Shown here in pieces: positions 1 through 9,010 of a DNA stretch of 64,000 bases. Location: positions 25,866 to 89,865 of the forward strand of contig JAZGFI010000147.1 of NCBI GenBank assembly GCA_036479435.1, given 5' to 3'. The notes below the pieces were generated by a model. It saw nothing but the letters and a program-made list of their open reading frames with translations, did not search any database and was not told the origin of the DNA. How positions within the stretch are numbered: position 1 is the first letter of the stretch; the number at the start of each line of letters is the position of its first letter. Source of the stretch: Planctomycetota bacterium (GTDB lineage Bacteria > Planctomycetota > GCA-002687715 > DRQF01). The position numbers and the translations under genes were made by a program.

Positions 1-41
1 CCTCATTTCCCCCTTTCTACCGGAGGCCATTCGGTCCCTAA

Positions 42-1235
42 ATGAGAGACCTTTCTCAGCTTTGGAATGCCCGGATTATTCTCGAAGACGGGAGCATCTG
101 GAGAGCGACGTCCTTCGGCGCCGAAGGCGAGACCGCCGGAGAGCTGGTCTTCAACACCGCGTTGACCGGATATCAGGAAGTTCTCACCGATCCTAGCTAT
201 GCCGGGCAGGTCGTCGTCATGACTTCGCCATTGATCGGTAATTACGGTGTCAACGTCGACGACGAAGAATCAAGAAAACTGCACCTACGCGGTTTCGTCG
301 TGCGCGAAGCGTCTTTGCTGCACTCGAATTTCCGAGCCACGGAAAGCCTGGGCGATTACCTCAAGCGTCACCAAATCGTTGCCTTGGAAGGCGTCGATAC
401 GCGCGCTTTGACCCGCCGCATCCGCGACTTCGGAGCGATGCGCTGCTTCATGACCACCCAGGCGATCTCAGACGATGCGCTTGCCGAAAAGTTGAGCGCG
501 GTCCCTGAATTGACCGACCAAGACTTCATTGCCGATGTGAGCCGCAGCAAAAAAGAAACCTGGAACGATGGCTTCAGCACTTCGTTTCACGCTGACCTCA
601 AACCGCGCAACCCGAGCAGCAATCCTGCGCTCAACCACGCAAACAGCGAGCTTGCGCTCAAAGTCGTGGCTTATGACTTTGGAGCCAAGGACACGATTTT
701 TCGCTCGCTGAAAGCGGTCGGTTGCGACTTGACCATCGTGCCGTTCGACACCTCCGCCGCCGATGTCATTGCGATGGCGCCTGACGGTGTGTTTTTGTCC
801 AACGGCCCGGGTGATCCGCGCCGCTTGACGAAGATCGTGACGGAGATCAAAGGGCTGGTGGGCAAGGTTCCGATTTTCGGGATTTGCCTCGGTCACCAGA
901 TCCTTGCGCTCGCCCTGGGAGCTGACATCGTCAAGATGAAGTTCGGCCACCACGGTTCGAATCATCCGGTCAAGAATCTCAAGTCTGGAGCTATCGAGAT
1001 TACGGCCCAGAATCACGGTTTCGCGGTGACGGCTGAATCTCTCGAAGCGGTGGGCGCCGAGGCCACCCACATCAATCTCAACGACAATACCGTTGCCGGA
1101 TTGGCCGCTACCAAGCTCCGGGCGTTTTCGGTGCAGTATCATCCAGAGGCCTCTCCTGGCCCGCACGATTCCGCCTACCTCTTTGGGCAGTTTGTGGAAG
1201 CGATGATCGCGACTGAAGGGCGAGCGACGGCCTGA
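42..1235 (+). CDS. carA: Carbamoyl-phosphate synthase small subunit
   Basis: GELVFNTALTGYQEVLTDPSY, LSNGPGDP, catalytic GICLGHQ and QYHPEA motifs. Confidence 0.97.
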   Translation: MRDLSQLWNARIILEDGSIWRATSFGAEGETAGELVFNTALTGYQEVLTDPSYAGQVVVMTSPLIGNYGVNVDDEESRKLHLRGFVVREASLLHSNFRATESLGDYLKRHQIVALEGVDTRALTRRIRDFGAMRCFMTTQAISDDALAEKLSAVPELTDQDFIADVSRSKKETWNDGFSTSFHADLKPRNPSSNPALNHANSELALKVVAYDFGAKDTIFRSLKAVGCDLTIVPFDTSAADVIAMAPDGVFLSNGPGDPRRLTKIVTEIKGLVGKVPIFGICLGHQILALALGADIVKMKFGHHGSNHPVKNLKSGAIEITAQNHGFAVTAESLEAVGAEATHINLNDNTVAGLAATKLRAFSVQYHPEASPGPHDSAYLFGQFVEAMIATEGRATA

Positions 1236-1281
1236 TGCGAGCTTCAAGCCAAAATCCACTTCTTGATTTGGATATCGACTC

Positions 1282-2526
1282 ATGACCGCGCGTGCTTTGA
1301 TCGGCCTTCAGTGGGGTGACGAAGGTAAGGGCAAGATGGTCGACGTCTTGTCCGCGGACGCCGATTTGGTGGTTCGTTGTCAGGGCGGCAGCAACGCCGG
1401 GCACACCGTCAAGGTCGGTGACGTAACGACTATCTTGCACCTCATTCCGAGCGGAATTCTCAGCGAACGTGCGCGCTGTATCATCGGCAACGGTGTGGTC
1501 ATCGACCCCGAACAACTACTCAAAGAGATCGCGGTGCTTGAAGACCGTGGGCTCAAAATGGCGGGGCGGTTGTTCGTCTCAGATCGCGCGCACGTTGTGT
1601 TTCCACACCACAAAGAGCGCGACTCCGCTCAAGAAAAAGCCCGCAAGGGCGCCAAGATTGGGACGACGAAAAAAGGCATCGGCCCGGCTTACGAAGACAA
1701 GGTTTCTCGTAGTGGCATCCGTATGTGGGACCTTCATGATGAAGCGTCCTTGCGCTTAAAACTAAGGCCGCACGTTGAGGCAACGGCCGCGGGTTTCGAG
1801 AAGATCGTCGCTCAGTTTTTGGACTTTGGTCGGTCCCTGGCGCCATACCGGGCGGACACGGTCGCGATGGTGATCGAAGGGGTTGAACAGGGAAAGAAGC
1901 TCTTCTTAGAGGGTGCTCAAGGCAGCCTTCTCGACCTCGATCTTGGCACCTATCCCTTCGTGACTTCTAGCAACACGAACCTCGGTGGGCTGCTGTCGGG
2001 TTGTGGGCTGCCGCCGCGCGCGATTAAAGAAGTTGTTGGTGTATCGAAGGCCTATTCGACTCGTGTCGGTTCTGGCCCTTACCCGACAGAGCTCGAAGAC
2101 GCCGTGGGAGACAAACTCCGCGTGCGGGGCAACGAGTTTGGAACCACCACCGGGCGGCCCCGGCGTTGTGGCTGGTTTGACGGCGTCGCCATTCGCTTTG
2201 CCTGCGCGGTGAATGGGGTGGATTCGATCGCCTTGACCAAGCTTGATGTGCTCAGCGGATTCGAGACTCTCAAGATCGCCACGGCTTATGAGATTGGCGG
2301 CCACCCCGTGACGCATTTTCCCGCCGATGCTGGCGATCTCGAGCGTGCTCAGCCAGTTTATGAGGAGTATCCAGGATGGCAGGACGACATCTCTGAGATT
2401 CGTCGTTACGATGATTTGCCCGGCAGCCTCCGCCGCTACATCGAGGTCGTTGAAGATCTGTCCCGCGCCTCAGTGCGGTGGATTTCGATGGGACCGCGGC
2501 GAGAAGATATTATCGAGAGGAACTGA
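1282..2526 (+). CDS. purA: Adenylosuccinate synthetase
   Basis: GLQWGDEGKGK, QGGSNAGHT, EGAQG, EFGTTTGRPRRCGW, TKLDVL. Confidence 0.98.
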   Translation: MTARALIGLQWGDEGKGKMVDVLSADADLVVRCQGGSNAGHTVKVGDVTTILHLIPSGILSERARCIIGNGVVIDPEQLLKEIAVLEDRGLKMAGRLFVSDRAHVVFPHHKERDSAQEKARKGAKIGTTKKGIGPAYEDKVSRSGIRMWDLHDEASLRLKLRPHVEATAAGFEKIVAQFLDFGRSLAPYRADTVAMVIEGVEQGKKLFLEGAQGSLLDLDLGTYPFVTSSNTNLGGLLSGCGLPPRAIKEVVGVSKAYSTRVGSGPYPTELEDAVGDKLRVRGNEFGTTTGRPRRCGWFDGVAIRFACAVNGVDSIALTKLDVLSGFETLKIATAYEIGGHPVTHFPADAGDLERAQPVYEEYPGWQDDISEIRRYDDLPGSLRRYIEVVEDLSRASVRWISMGPRREDIIERN

Positions 2527-3302
2527 TGACTGACTCTGGCGGCCCCTTAGAGTCTGAGCTCCCCCTGGTTGTGCCAGCTGGTTTACACCACGTTGCCATG
2601 ATCATGGATGGCAACGGCCGCTGGGCTAGCGCTCGAGGACTGCCGCGCGCCAAAGGACACCAAGAGGGTGCCAATACGGTTCGCGAATTAACCACCGCAC
2701 TTGCGGCGTCAGGCCTGGGGCAGCTCACGCTCTATGCCCTATCCGTTGAGAACCACAAGCGGCGTCCGCGCACAGAAGTCGATTTTCTCCTCAGCCTCCT
2801 GCGCCGATTCTTGGCGAAAGAACGCGCCACGATCATGGCGAATGACATTCGTTTCAAGACCATTGGCCGCATCGATGAGTTTCCGCCCAAGTTGATTCGC
2901 GAGATCCGTGAACTCGAAGAGATATCAGCTGATAACCGAGGCATGATCCTCTGCCTCGCCCTGAACTACGGCGGCCAAAGCGAGATCGCCGATGCGGCGA
3001 AAGCTATCGCCGCAAAAGTGAAGAGTGGAGAAGTCAGCCCGGACGCGATCGACGAAGATCTTTTGGGCTCGCATCTCTACGACCCCGACATGCCGCCTCT
3101 TGACTTGATGATTCGCACAGCGGGGGAGATGCGCGTTAGCAATTTCTTGTTGTGGCAGGTTTCCTACTCGGAGATCTATGTGACGGATTCCTTTTGGCCT
3201 GACTTCCACATCGCGGGCGTGGCCCGAGCTTTTGAGTCCTACGCGCAGCGGCGCCGTCGATTTGGCGGTCTCGAGAATCGTGTCGACGCTCGGACGGACT
3301 GA
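2526..3302 (+). CDS. uppS: Polyprenyl (undecaprenyl) diphosphate synthase
   Basis: HVAMIMDGNGRWA, ALNYGG, DLMIRTAGEMRVSNFLLWQ; start placed at the TGATG overlap with the purA stop. Confidence 0.95.
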   Translation: MTDSGGPLESELPLVVPAGLHHVAMIMDGNGRWASARGLPRAKGHQEGANTVRELTTALAASGLGQLTLYALSVENHKRRPRTEVDFLLSLLRRFLAKERATIMANDIRFKTIGRIDEFPPKLIREIRELEEISADNRGMILCLALNYGGQSEIADAAKAIAAKVKSGEVSPDAIDEDLLGSHLYDPDMPPLDLMIRTAGEMRVSNFLLWQVSYSEIYVTDSFWPDFHIAGVARAFESYAQRRRRFGGLENRVDARTD

Positions 3303-4170
3303 AAAATTGCGCCGAACCCGCTTACTCATTGGCTCTGGACTCGTTGCCCTTTTGGTTGCGATGGTGGCGATCGACGCCAAGATCGGGTTTCCCGCTCTGG
3401 GATTGGTCGTGGCACTCTTTTTGACTCTGGTCAGTCAAGCAGAGTTGATCCACATGATCCGCGGAAAAGCCCGTCCCGTGACGCGCTTGGTACAGCTTGC
3501 GACAGCCGCGATTTTCGTGTCCAAGGCCGTGATGTCTTATGTCTACGATCGCCCCGCCAGCGCCGAACTAACGCTGGCGATCCTATGCGGAGCCGCGCTG
3601 TTGATCTTGACTCAGGCCACCTTGCGCTTGCAGTTTCGCCAAGGCGAAGCAGCTTCGGAGCATGCCCTCGACGTCGGTGCCGGGCTTTTTGCGCTGGCCT
3701 ACCTCGCCTTGCCTTTGTCATTCATGGCCGACCTCGCTTTGCGCTTTGAGGGCGGTGAGGGGACCTTTTTTGTCGCCATCTTGGTGTTTATCTCCAAGTG
3801 CGGAGACATTGGAGGCTACTTGGGCGGTAGTACCTTCGGCAAACGCCGCGTCATGCCTCGGGTCTCACCCAAAAAGTCATGGGAGGGCTCGGCCACGGGC
3901 CTCGTCTTGACGATTGCGGCCACATTCGGGTTGCACGCGGCATTCCCGCAGTACTTCTTCGGACTAGAGACCCTGCAGCTTGTTATCCTGGCCGTCGTAA
4001 TCAACTTGGCGACCCAGATGGGTGACTTCTCCGAATCCATGGTGAAGCGCTCTTGTGGCGTTAAAGATTCAGGCGCTGTTCTTCCGACCTTTGGTGGCGC
4101 GCTGGATATTGTCGATAGCCTTGTGTTTTCAATTCCAGTCGCCGCGATGATTTTCGCGCTGGCTGTTTGA
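3280..4170 (+). CDS. cdsA: Phosphatidate cytidylyltransferase
   Basis: Multi-TM; SPKKSWEG, GDFSESMVKRSCGVKDSG..LPTFGGALDIVDS; follows uppS; start uncertain (GTG 3280). Confidence 0.93.
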   Translation: MSTLGRTEKLRRTRLLIGSGLVALLVAMVAIDAKIGFPALGLVVALFLTLVSQAELIHMIRGKARPVTRLVQLATAAIFVSKAVMSYVYDRPASAELTLAILCGAALLILTQATLRLQFRQGEAASEHALDVGAGLFALAYLALPLSFMADLALRFEGGEGTFFVAILVFISKCGDIGGYLGGSTFGKRRVMPRVSPKKSWEGSATGLVLTIAATFGLHAAFPQYFFGLETLQLVILAVVINLATQMGDFSESMVKRSCGVKDSGAVLPTFGGALDIVDSLVFSIPVAAMIFALAV

Positions 4171-4189
4171 AGGGAGTTCGCTTCAGAAC

Positions 4190-5197
4190 GTGTCAGACGT
4201 CACAATTCCCCTCCGCAACATTGACGAGGAGCGCACGCTTCTCGGTCACCTCGACCGCAATCTTCGCATCCTTCGCCAGTCGTTCGGCATCGACGCGACG
4301 TCGCGTGCTGGGCAACTCACCCTAAATGGTGATCCCGGCCGAATTGAAGCCGCGGCGGGCATGGTACGCCGGGCGCTGGACTTGATTCGCGACAATGGCG
4401 TCAATTCTACGGATGTCGCCGAGCTATTCGAAGTCGATGCCCCCAACCACCGCAGCCCCGAAAGCGGCCGTGGAGAGCGCATTAAGTTCGCGGCCTCTCC
4501 ACGTTCGCCGAACCAGCAGCGCTACATGGAAACGGTGCTCGAAACTCCAGTGACCTTCGCGCTCGGTCCAGCGGGCACCGGTAAGACCTATTTGGCCGTC
4601 GCCATGGCGGTGACCCTCATGAAGACCGAGGAATACCACCGCATCATCCTCGTTCGTCCTGCGGTTGAGGCTGGCGAACACTTAGGCTTTTTGCCCGGCG
4701 ACCTCGAAGCAAAAATCACACCCTACTTGAGACCGCTTTACGATTCCTTGCAGTCCTTGGTCCCCAAAGGGCTCCTGAAACGCTACATGGACGAAGGCGG
4801 CATCGAAATCTCACCGCTTGCTTACATGCGCGGCCGTACCCTGAATCACTCCATCATCATCTTGGACGAAGCCCAGAATACGACGATGGCACAGATGAAG
4901 ATGTTTTTGACTCGCATGGGAGACCGCAGCAAGATCATCGTCACGGGTGATCCGTCACAAGTCGATCTGCCCGGCAATCAAACCTCCGGTCTTCTTCATG
5001 CCTCAAGGGTCTTGAAGCAAGTAGAAGGCGTCGCGTTCTGCTATTTGAATCGAAAAGACATCGTGCGCCACGAAGTCGTTCAGCGCATTGTCCACGCCTA
5101 TGGCTCGTGGGAAGAGCGGCTGAAGCAAGAAAAGGATGGCGCGCCAAAGCGCTCGCAACCTCCGGGCAAAGATGCGGATCGAAAGAATCGGCGGTGA
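4190..5197 (+). CDS. phoH: PhoH family ATPase
   Basis: GPAGTGKTYLA, RPAVEAGEHLGFLPGD, YMRGRTL, ILDEAQN. Confidence 0.95.
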   Translation: MSDVTIPLRNIDEERTLLGHLDRNLRILRQSFGIDATSRAGQLTLNGDPGRIEAAAGMVRRALDLIRDNGVNSTDVAELFEVDAPNHRSPESGRGERIKFAASPRSPNQQRYMETVLETPVTFALGPAGTGKTYLAVAMAVTLMKTEEYHRIILVRPAVEAGEHLGFLPGDLEAKITPYLRPLYDSLQSLVPKGLLKRYMDEGGIEISPLAYMRGRTLNHSIIILDEAQNTTMAQMKMFLTRMGDRSKIIVTGDPSQVDLPGNQTSGLLHASRVLKQVEGVAFCYLNRKDIVRHEVVQRIVHAYGSWEERLKQEKDGAPKRSQPPGKDADRKNRR

Positions 5198-5688
5198 TGA
5201 GTCGGATTGCGGTCCGAATTGAAGAGCCCATGGTGGGAGTATCAGAATCTGGCATTCGCAAGGCGGTGGCCTACACTCTTCAACAAGAATCAGCTGATTT
5301 GAATTTGAGTGTTGCGGTCGTCGATGACGCCAAGATTCGCGAGCTCAATCTTCGGTATCTAAATCACGACTTCGCTACCGATGTCATTAGTTTCGACTTG
5401 CGTAATCACGAGGCGAAGTCGGATGCCGATGTCGAAATTGATCTCGAGGGAAAGTCAGAATCCGAACGCGAGGAGCACTGGGACGCTGAGATTGTCGTCT
5501 CGGCTACCACGGCCCAACGAGAAGCAGCGCTGCGCGGTCTCGATCCATGTTCAGAGCTCTTTTTATACTGCGTCCACGGTACCCTTCACCTTTTGGGCTA
5601 CGATGACCACGACGAACAAGACCAGCGACGGATGCACCAACGGCAAGCCGAGATCTTGAGAGGCCTCGGCTTTGAGACGCAATCATGA
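5197..5688 (+). CDS. ybeY: rRNA maturation RNase YbeY
   Basis: LNLRYLNHDFATDVISF and HGTLHLLGYDDH zinc motif; TGATG overlap with phoH. Confidence 0.93.
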   Translation: MSRIAVRIEEPMVGVSESGIRKAVAYTLQQESADLNLSVAVVDDAKIRELNLRYLNHDFATDVISFDLRNHEAKSDADVEIDLEGKSESEREEHWDAEIVVSATTAQREAALRGLDPCSELFLYCVHGTLHLLGYDDHDEQDQRRMHQRQAEILRGLGFETQS

Positions 5689-6809
5689 ATAACCCCGCCG
5701 GCAGTGAGGCCGACCGCAAGGAGCACGAAAAGCTCTACGTCGATATCGCGATCAAAAACGAGATGTTGACCTTCGATCAGATCGCCGACGCGCGCGATAT
5801 CCAGTTCAAGATTCAAGAACTTGGGATCAACCCCAAGCATCTCGCCGAGATCCTCGTCGAAAAGGGCTACCTGGAGCTCTCTCAAGACGAAAAGATCCGT
5901 AAGCACATTGAGAAACTTCGCCGCGCGACTCGGATCAAAGGTTACACGCTTCTAAAAAAGCTCGGCCAAGGCTCGATGGGAACGGTCTATCTGGCGACCC
6001 AAGATTCCCTAGATCGCATGGTGGCGGTCAAGGTCCTGGCCCCCTTCCTCAACAAGAACGAACACTTCGTCAGCCGCTTCATCAAAGAGGCAAAAATCCT
6101 CGCGCGCCTTAACCACCCGAATATCGTCCAGTGCATCGACGTGGGCAAAAGCGAGAATCAATATTACCTCGCGATGGAGTTTTGCGACGGCCCCACGGTC
6201 CTCGAGGTCTTAAAACGCGGCGGCAGCATGGCGCTTGAACGCGCCACTCTCATCGCTTTGCAAATCGCTCGTGCCCTCGAACACGCCTACGAACACAGCA
6301 TCATCCATCGCGATATCAAGCCCGACAACATCATGATGACCCCCGGCGGCGTCGCGAAGCTCTGTGACCTGGGACTGGTCAAAGATCTCGGCAACTCCGC
6401 GGGTTCAACCGATGAGGGTTCTGCGCTGGGAACGCCGAACTACATTTCACCTGAACAGGCTCGCGGCGAAGAAAATGTCGACCACCGCACCGACATCTAC
6501 TCTCTAGGTGCATCCTTTTATCACATGGTGACGGGGCGCGTTCCCTTCGAGTCGTCCAATCCCGCGGTCGTGATGGTGTCGCACATCAACGACATGCCGA
6601 TTGCACCCAAGGATCGTAATCCCGCGATCGACAACGAGACCTCGCGGATTATCATGAAGATGCTCCGCAAAAACCCCGCGGATCGTCATCAATCACCCAC
6701 CGAGATCCTGCGCGAGCTTGAACGCCTCTACGCCAAGCGCACCGGCGAACCGGCCCCGGAGTCGGATCCCGTGCTGCAAATTCGAGCCCGCAAGAAGCGC
6801 CGCCGCTAG
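5685..6809 (+). CDS. Cytoplasmic Hanks-type Ser/Thr kinase with MshEN-like N-terminal helical domain
   Basis: LGQGSMGTVY, VAVK, HRDIKPDN, DLG, GTPNYISPE; no TM segment; ATGA overlap with ybeY. Confidence 0.93.
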   Translation: MNNPAGSEADRKEHEKLYVDIAIKNEMLTFDQIADARDIQFKIQELGINPKHLAEILVEKGYLELSQDEKIRKHIEKLRRATRIKGYTLLKKLGQGSMGTVYLATQDSLDRMVAVKVLAPFLNKNEHFVSRFIKEAKILARLNHPNIVQCIDVGKSENQYYLAMEFCDGPTVLEVLKRGGSMALERATLIALQIARALEHAYEHSIIHRDIKPDNIMMTPGGVAKLCDLGLVKDLGNSAGSTDEGSALGTPNYISPEQARGEENVDHRTDIYSLGASFYHMVTGRVPFESSNPAVVMVSHINDMPIAPKDRNPAIDNETSRIIMKMLRKNPADRHQSPTEILRELERLYAKRTGEPAPESDPVLQIRARKKRRR

Positions 6810-6929
6810 GCTATCGACGCACTCCATCAAGGAGCCGTGAGTTTGTTCAGCTTCTTCTTGAGCCGCCGGCGTCTCCCTCTACATTCAGGGCGCTCAGCTA
6901 ACCCTTCCCGATTCGGTGTCCAACGGACT

Positions 6930-6960
6930 ACAACTTCTCTAGGGAGAGCAGTTGTTTTTT
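6930..6960 (+). terminator. Possible intrinsic terminator at the kinase/kdsA convergent junction
   Basis: ACAACTTCTC-TAGG-GAGA(GC)AGTTGT followed by a T run. Confidence 0.45.
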
Positions 6961-7009
6961 GGTTCAAATCTTGCCGCTGCGAATCCTTCGGGATTCGCAG
7001 CGGCAAGAT

Positions 7010-7867
7010 TTATTCTTGGCTAGCGGCTTCGCGGATGCGCAAGAGCTGACGAAGGAGGGGGCCGAAGGCGTCGAGGGGGAGGGCGTTGTCGGCGTCGCTT
7101 TTGGCCACGGCCGGGTTTTCGTGGACCTCGAAAAAGAGACCGTCGATGCCGACGGCGACGGCAGCCCGGGCGAGATAGGGAATCATGGTGCGATCACCGC
7201 TGGACTTTTCGCCCATGCCGCCGGGAATCTGGACGCTGTGGGTGGCGTCGTAAACGACTGGGTAGCCGAGGGCGCGCATCATCGGAATGCCGCGGAAATC
7301 ATTGATGAGAGTGTTGTAGCCGAAGCAGCTACCGCGTTCGGTGAGGAGGAGTTTTTCAGATCCCGATTCCTCGATCTTGCGGACGACGTTGCTCATGTCG
7401 CCGGGCGAAAGGAATTGGCCTTTCTTGACGCTCACGATCTTGCCGGTTTTAGCGGCGGCGACGAGGAGGTCGGTTTGACGACACAAAAAGGCCGGGATCT
7501 GGAGGACGTCGGCAACTTCGGCGACTTGGTTTACTTGTGAGGTTTCGTGTACGTCCGTGATGATGGGAAGGCCAAACTCAGCCTTGACGGCGCTGAAGAT
7601 GTCGAGTGCCACATCAATGCCGGGGCCACGATAGGAGTGGATCGACGAGCGGTTGGCTTTGTCGAAGGAGGACTTGAAGACGAGCTGGACCGAAAGGCCG
7701 GCGACGGCCTTCTTCAAGGCTTCGGCGTGGCGAAGCGTGGTGTCACGGTCTTCGACAATACAAAGGCCAGCCATGACACAAAGGTCGGCACCGGGGCCGA
7801 TCTTGAGGTCGCCTTGTTCGACGAGTTTCGGCTGGGCTTGGCTATTCACGTTTAGACGGTGGGGCAT
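7010..7867 (-). CDS. kdsA: KDO8P synthase
   Basis: FKSSFDKANRSS, QIPAFLCRQTDLL, KKGQFL, DATHSVQ. Confidence 0.97.
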   Translation of the reverse strand: MPHRLNVNSQAQPKLVEQGDLKIGPGADLCVMAGLCIVEDRDTTLRHAEALKKAVAGLSVQLVFKSSFDKANRSSIHSYRGPGIDVALDIFSAVKAEFGLPIITDVHETSQVNQVAEVADVLQIPAFLCRQTDLLVAAAKTGKIVSVKKGQFLSPGDMSNVVRKIEESGSEKLLLTERGSCFGYNTLINDFRGIPMMRALGYPVVYDATHSVQIPGGMGEKSSGDRTMIPYLARAAVAVGIDGLFFEVHENPAVAKSDADNALPLDAFGPLLRQLLRIREAASQE

Positions 7868-7949
7868 CGTTTCTTCGACTTTCCTCGGATCGAGTCAGCC
7901 CTCACTGATTAAGGGCGCAACGCTGTTTCTTATTGTCTAGATCTGGCGG

Positions 7950-8876
7950 TTAGGCTTCAAGGTGTTGGGGTACCAAGATCTGAAGCGGGACTGCCGCCAT
8001 TTTTGCCCGAAGGGGGGTGAACCCGACGTCATCGCCGTCGATTTGAACCGCTTCGGGTTCGCTGGATCGGATCTCAAACGAGCGTACGCGGCGGTATTCG
8101 GCATGGGGCGAGGCGTCTTCTCGGCCGCGTTTCGCGCAGAGCAAGTGCCTTAGAATGGCTCCGCGACCTCGGCCAAAACGGATGCAGAGGTCCATACCCA
8201 CAGCGAAGAGATCCGCCTGCGGGGTCAAAGTCATGACGCCGCCGTAGTTTTTGGTGTTGCAGGCTACAAAGGCGCTGGCCTCACGCGCAATTTTTACCCC
8301 GTCTATCTGGACCTGCAGTCGCGGCGCGCGCCAAGCCCAGATCTCTTTCATACCCTGGGGCATGTAACGGTTCTTCGAGAACTTGGCCGGAGACTTGCGG
8401 CGGGCGGCCGCCACCCGGTGAACGACTCGAGCGTCGAACCCGATGCCGACATTGACGATCACCGGGTATTCTCGGGAGTCATCGCTGAAAGTTGCGACGG
8501 CGTAAGGCATGGTGCGAGCTTGGGCGCTAGCCAAAAGCGTTGCGGCGTCGTTGGGCGCCAGTTTTCCGAGCCCCAGCTCCATGGCCAAGACGTTGGCGGT
8601 CCCCAGCGGAATGATGCTGAAGGCGGGGGCCTTGGCGCCGAGGGCTCGGAGGCCGCGTGCGATCTCATTCGCCGTGCCGTCGCCGCCGATGCCGATAATG
8701 GCATCAAAATTCCCGCCGCGCTCGACGACGATTTCCGGCGCGTGATCGGCGCGCTCGGTGAGAGCCAGTTCGACCTCAACGCCCGCAGTTTCGAATCCGC
8801 GCTGTGCTTCGGCCGCCGCCGCGGCTCCTTTGGACCCGCCGGCATTCGGATTGGCGATCAACAAAAAGCGCTTCAT
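7950..8876 (-). CDS. Diacylglycerol/lipid kinase family (YegS/DAGK) protein
   Basis: IANPNAG, GGDGTANE, IPLGTAN, GIGFDA, QIDGD. Confidence 0.92.
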   Translation of the reverse strand: MKRFLLIANPNAGGSKGAAAAAEAQRGFETAGVEVELALTERADHAPEIVVERGGNFDAIIGIGGDGTANEIARGLRALGAKAPAFSIIPLGTANVLAMELGLGKLAPNDAATLLASAQARTMPYAVATFSDDSREYPVIVNVGIGFDARVVHRVAAARRKSPAKFSKNRYMPQGMKEIWAWRAPRLQVQIDGVKIAREASAFVACNTKNYGGVMTLTPQADLFAVGMDLCIRFGRGRGAILRHLLCAKRGREDASPHAEYRRVRSFEIRSSEPEAVQIDGDDVGFTPLRAKMAAVPLQILVPQHLEA

Positions 8877-8930
8877 CGAGCTAGCGTCTAGCCTCCTATT
8901 CTTGACCGCGCCGCGTACACGGGCTGCCCC

Positions 8931-8980
8931 AAAATAACGCGCGCGCCGGACGCTTTCTTATGGAAAGGGCCCGGCGCGCG
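8931..8980 (-). terminator. Intrinsic terminator after the FGE-domain gene
   Basis: CGCGCGCCGG (8940-8949) / CCGGCGCGCG (8971-8980) stem with inner CTTTC/GAAAG pairing; T-rich tail on the minus strand. Confidence 0.55.
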
Positions 8981-9010
8981 GCCTGAGCTGATGGCTGGGG
9001 TTTCCGGGCC

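Noticed and set aside
42..1235. carA without adjacent carB
   Set aside because: Split carA/carB is common, and carB could lie just outside the window.
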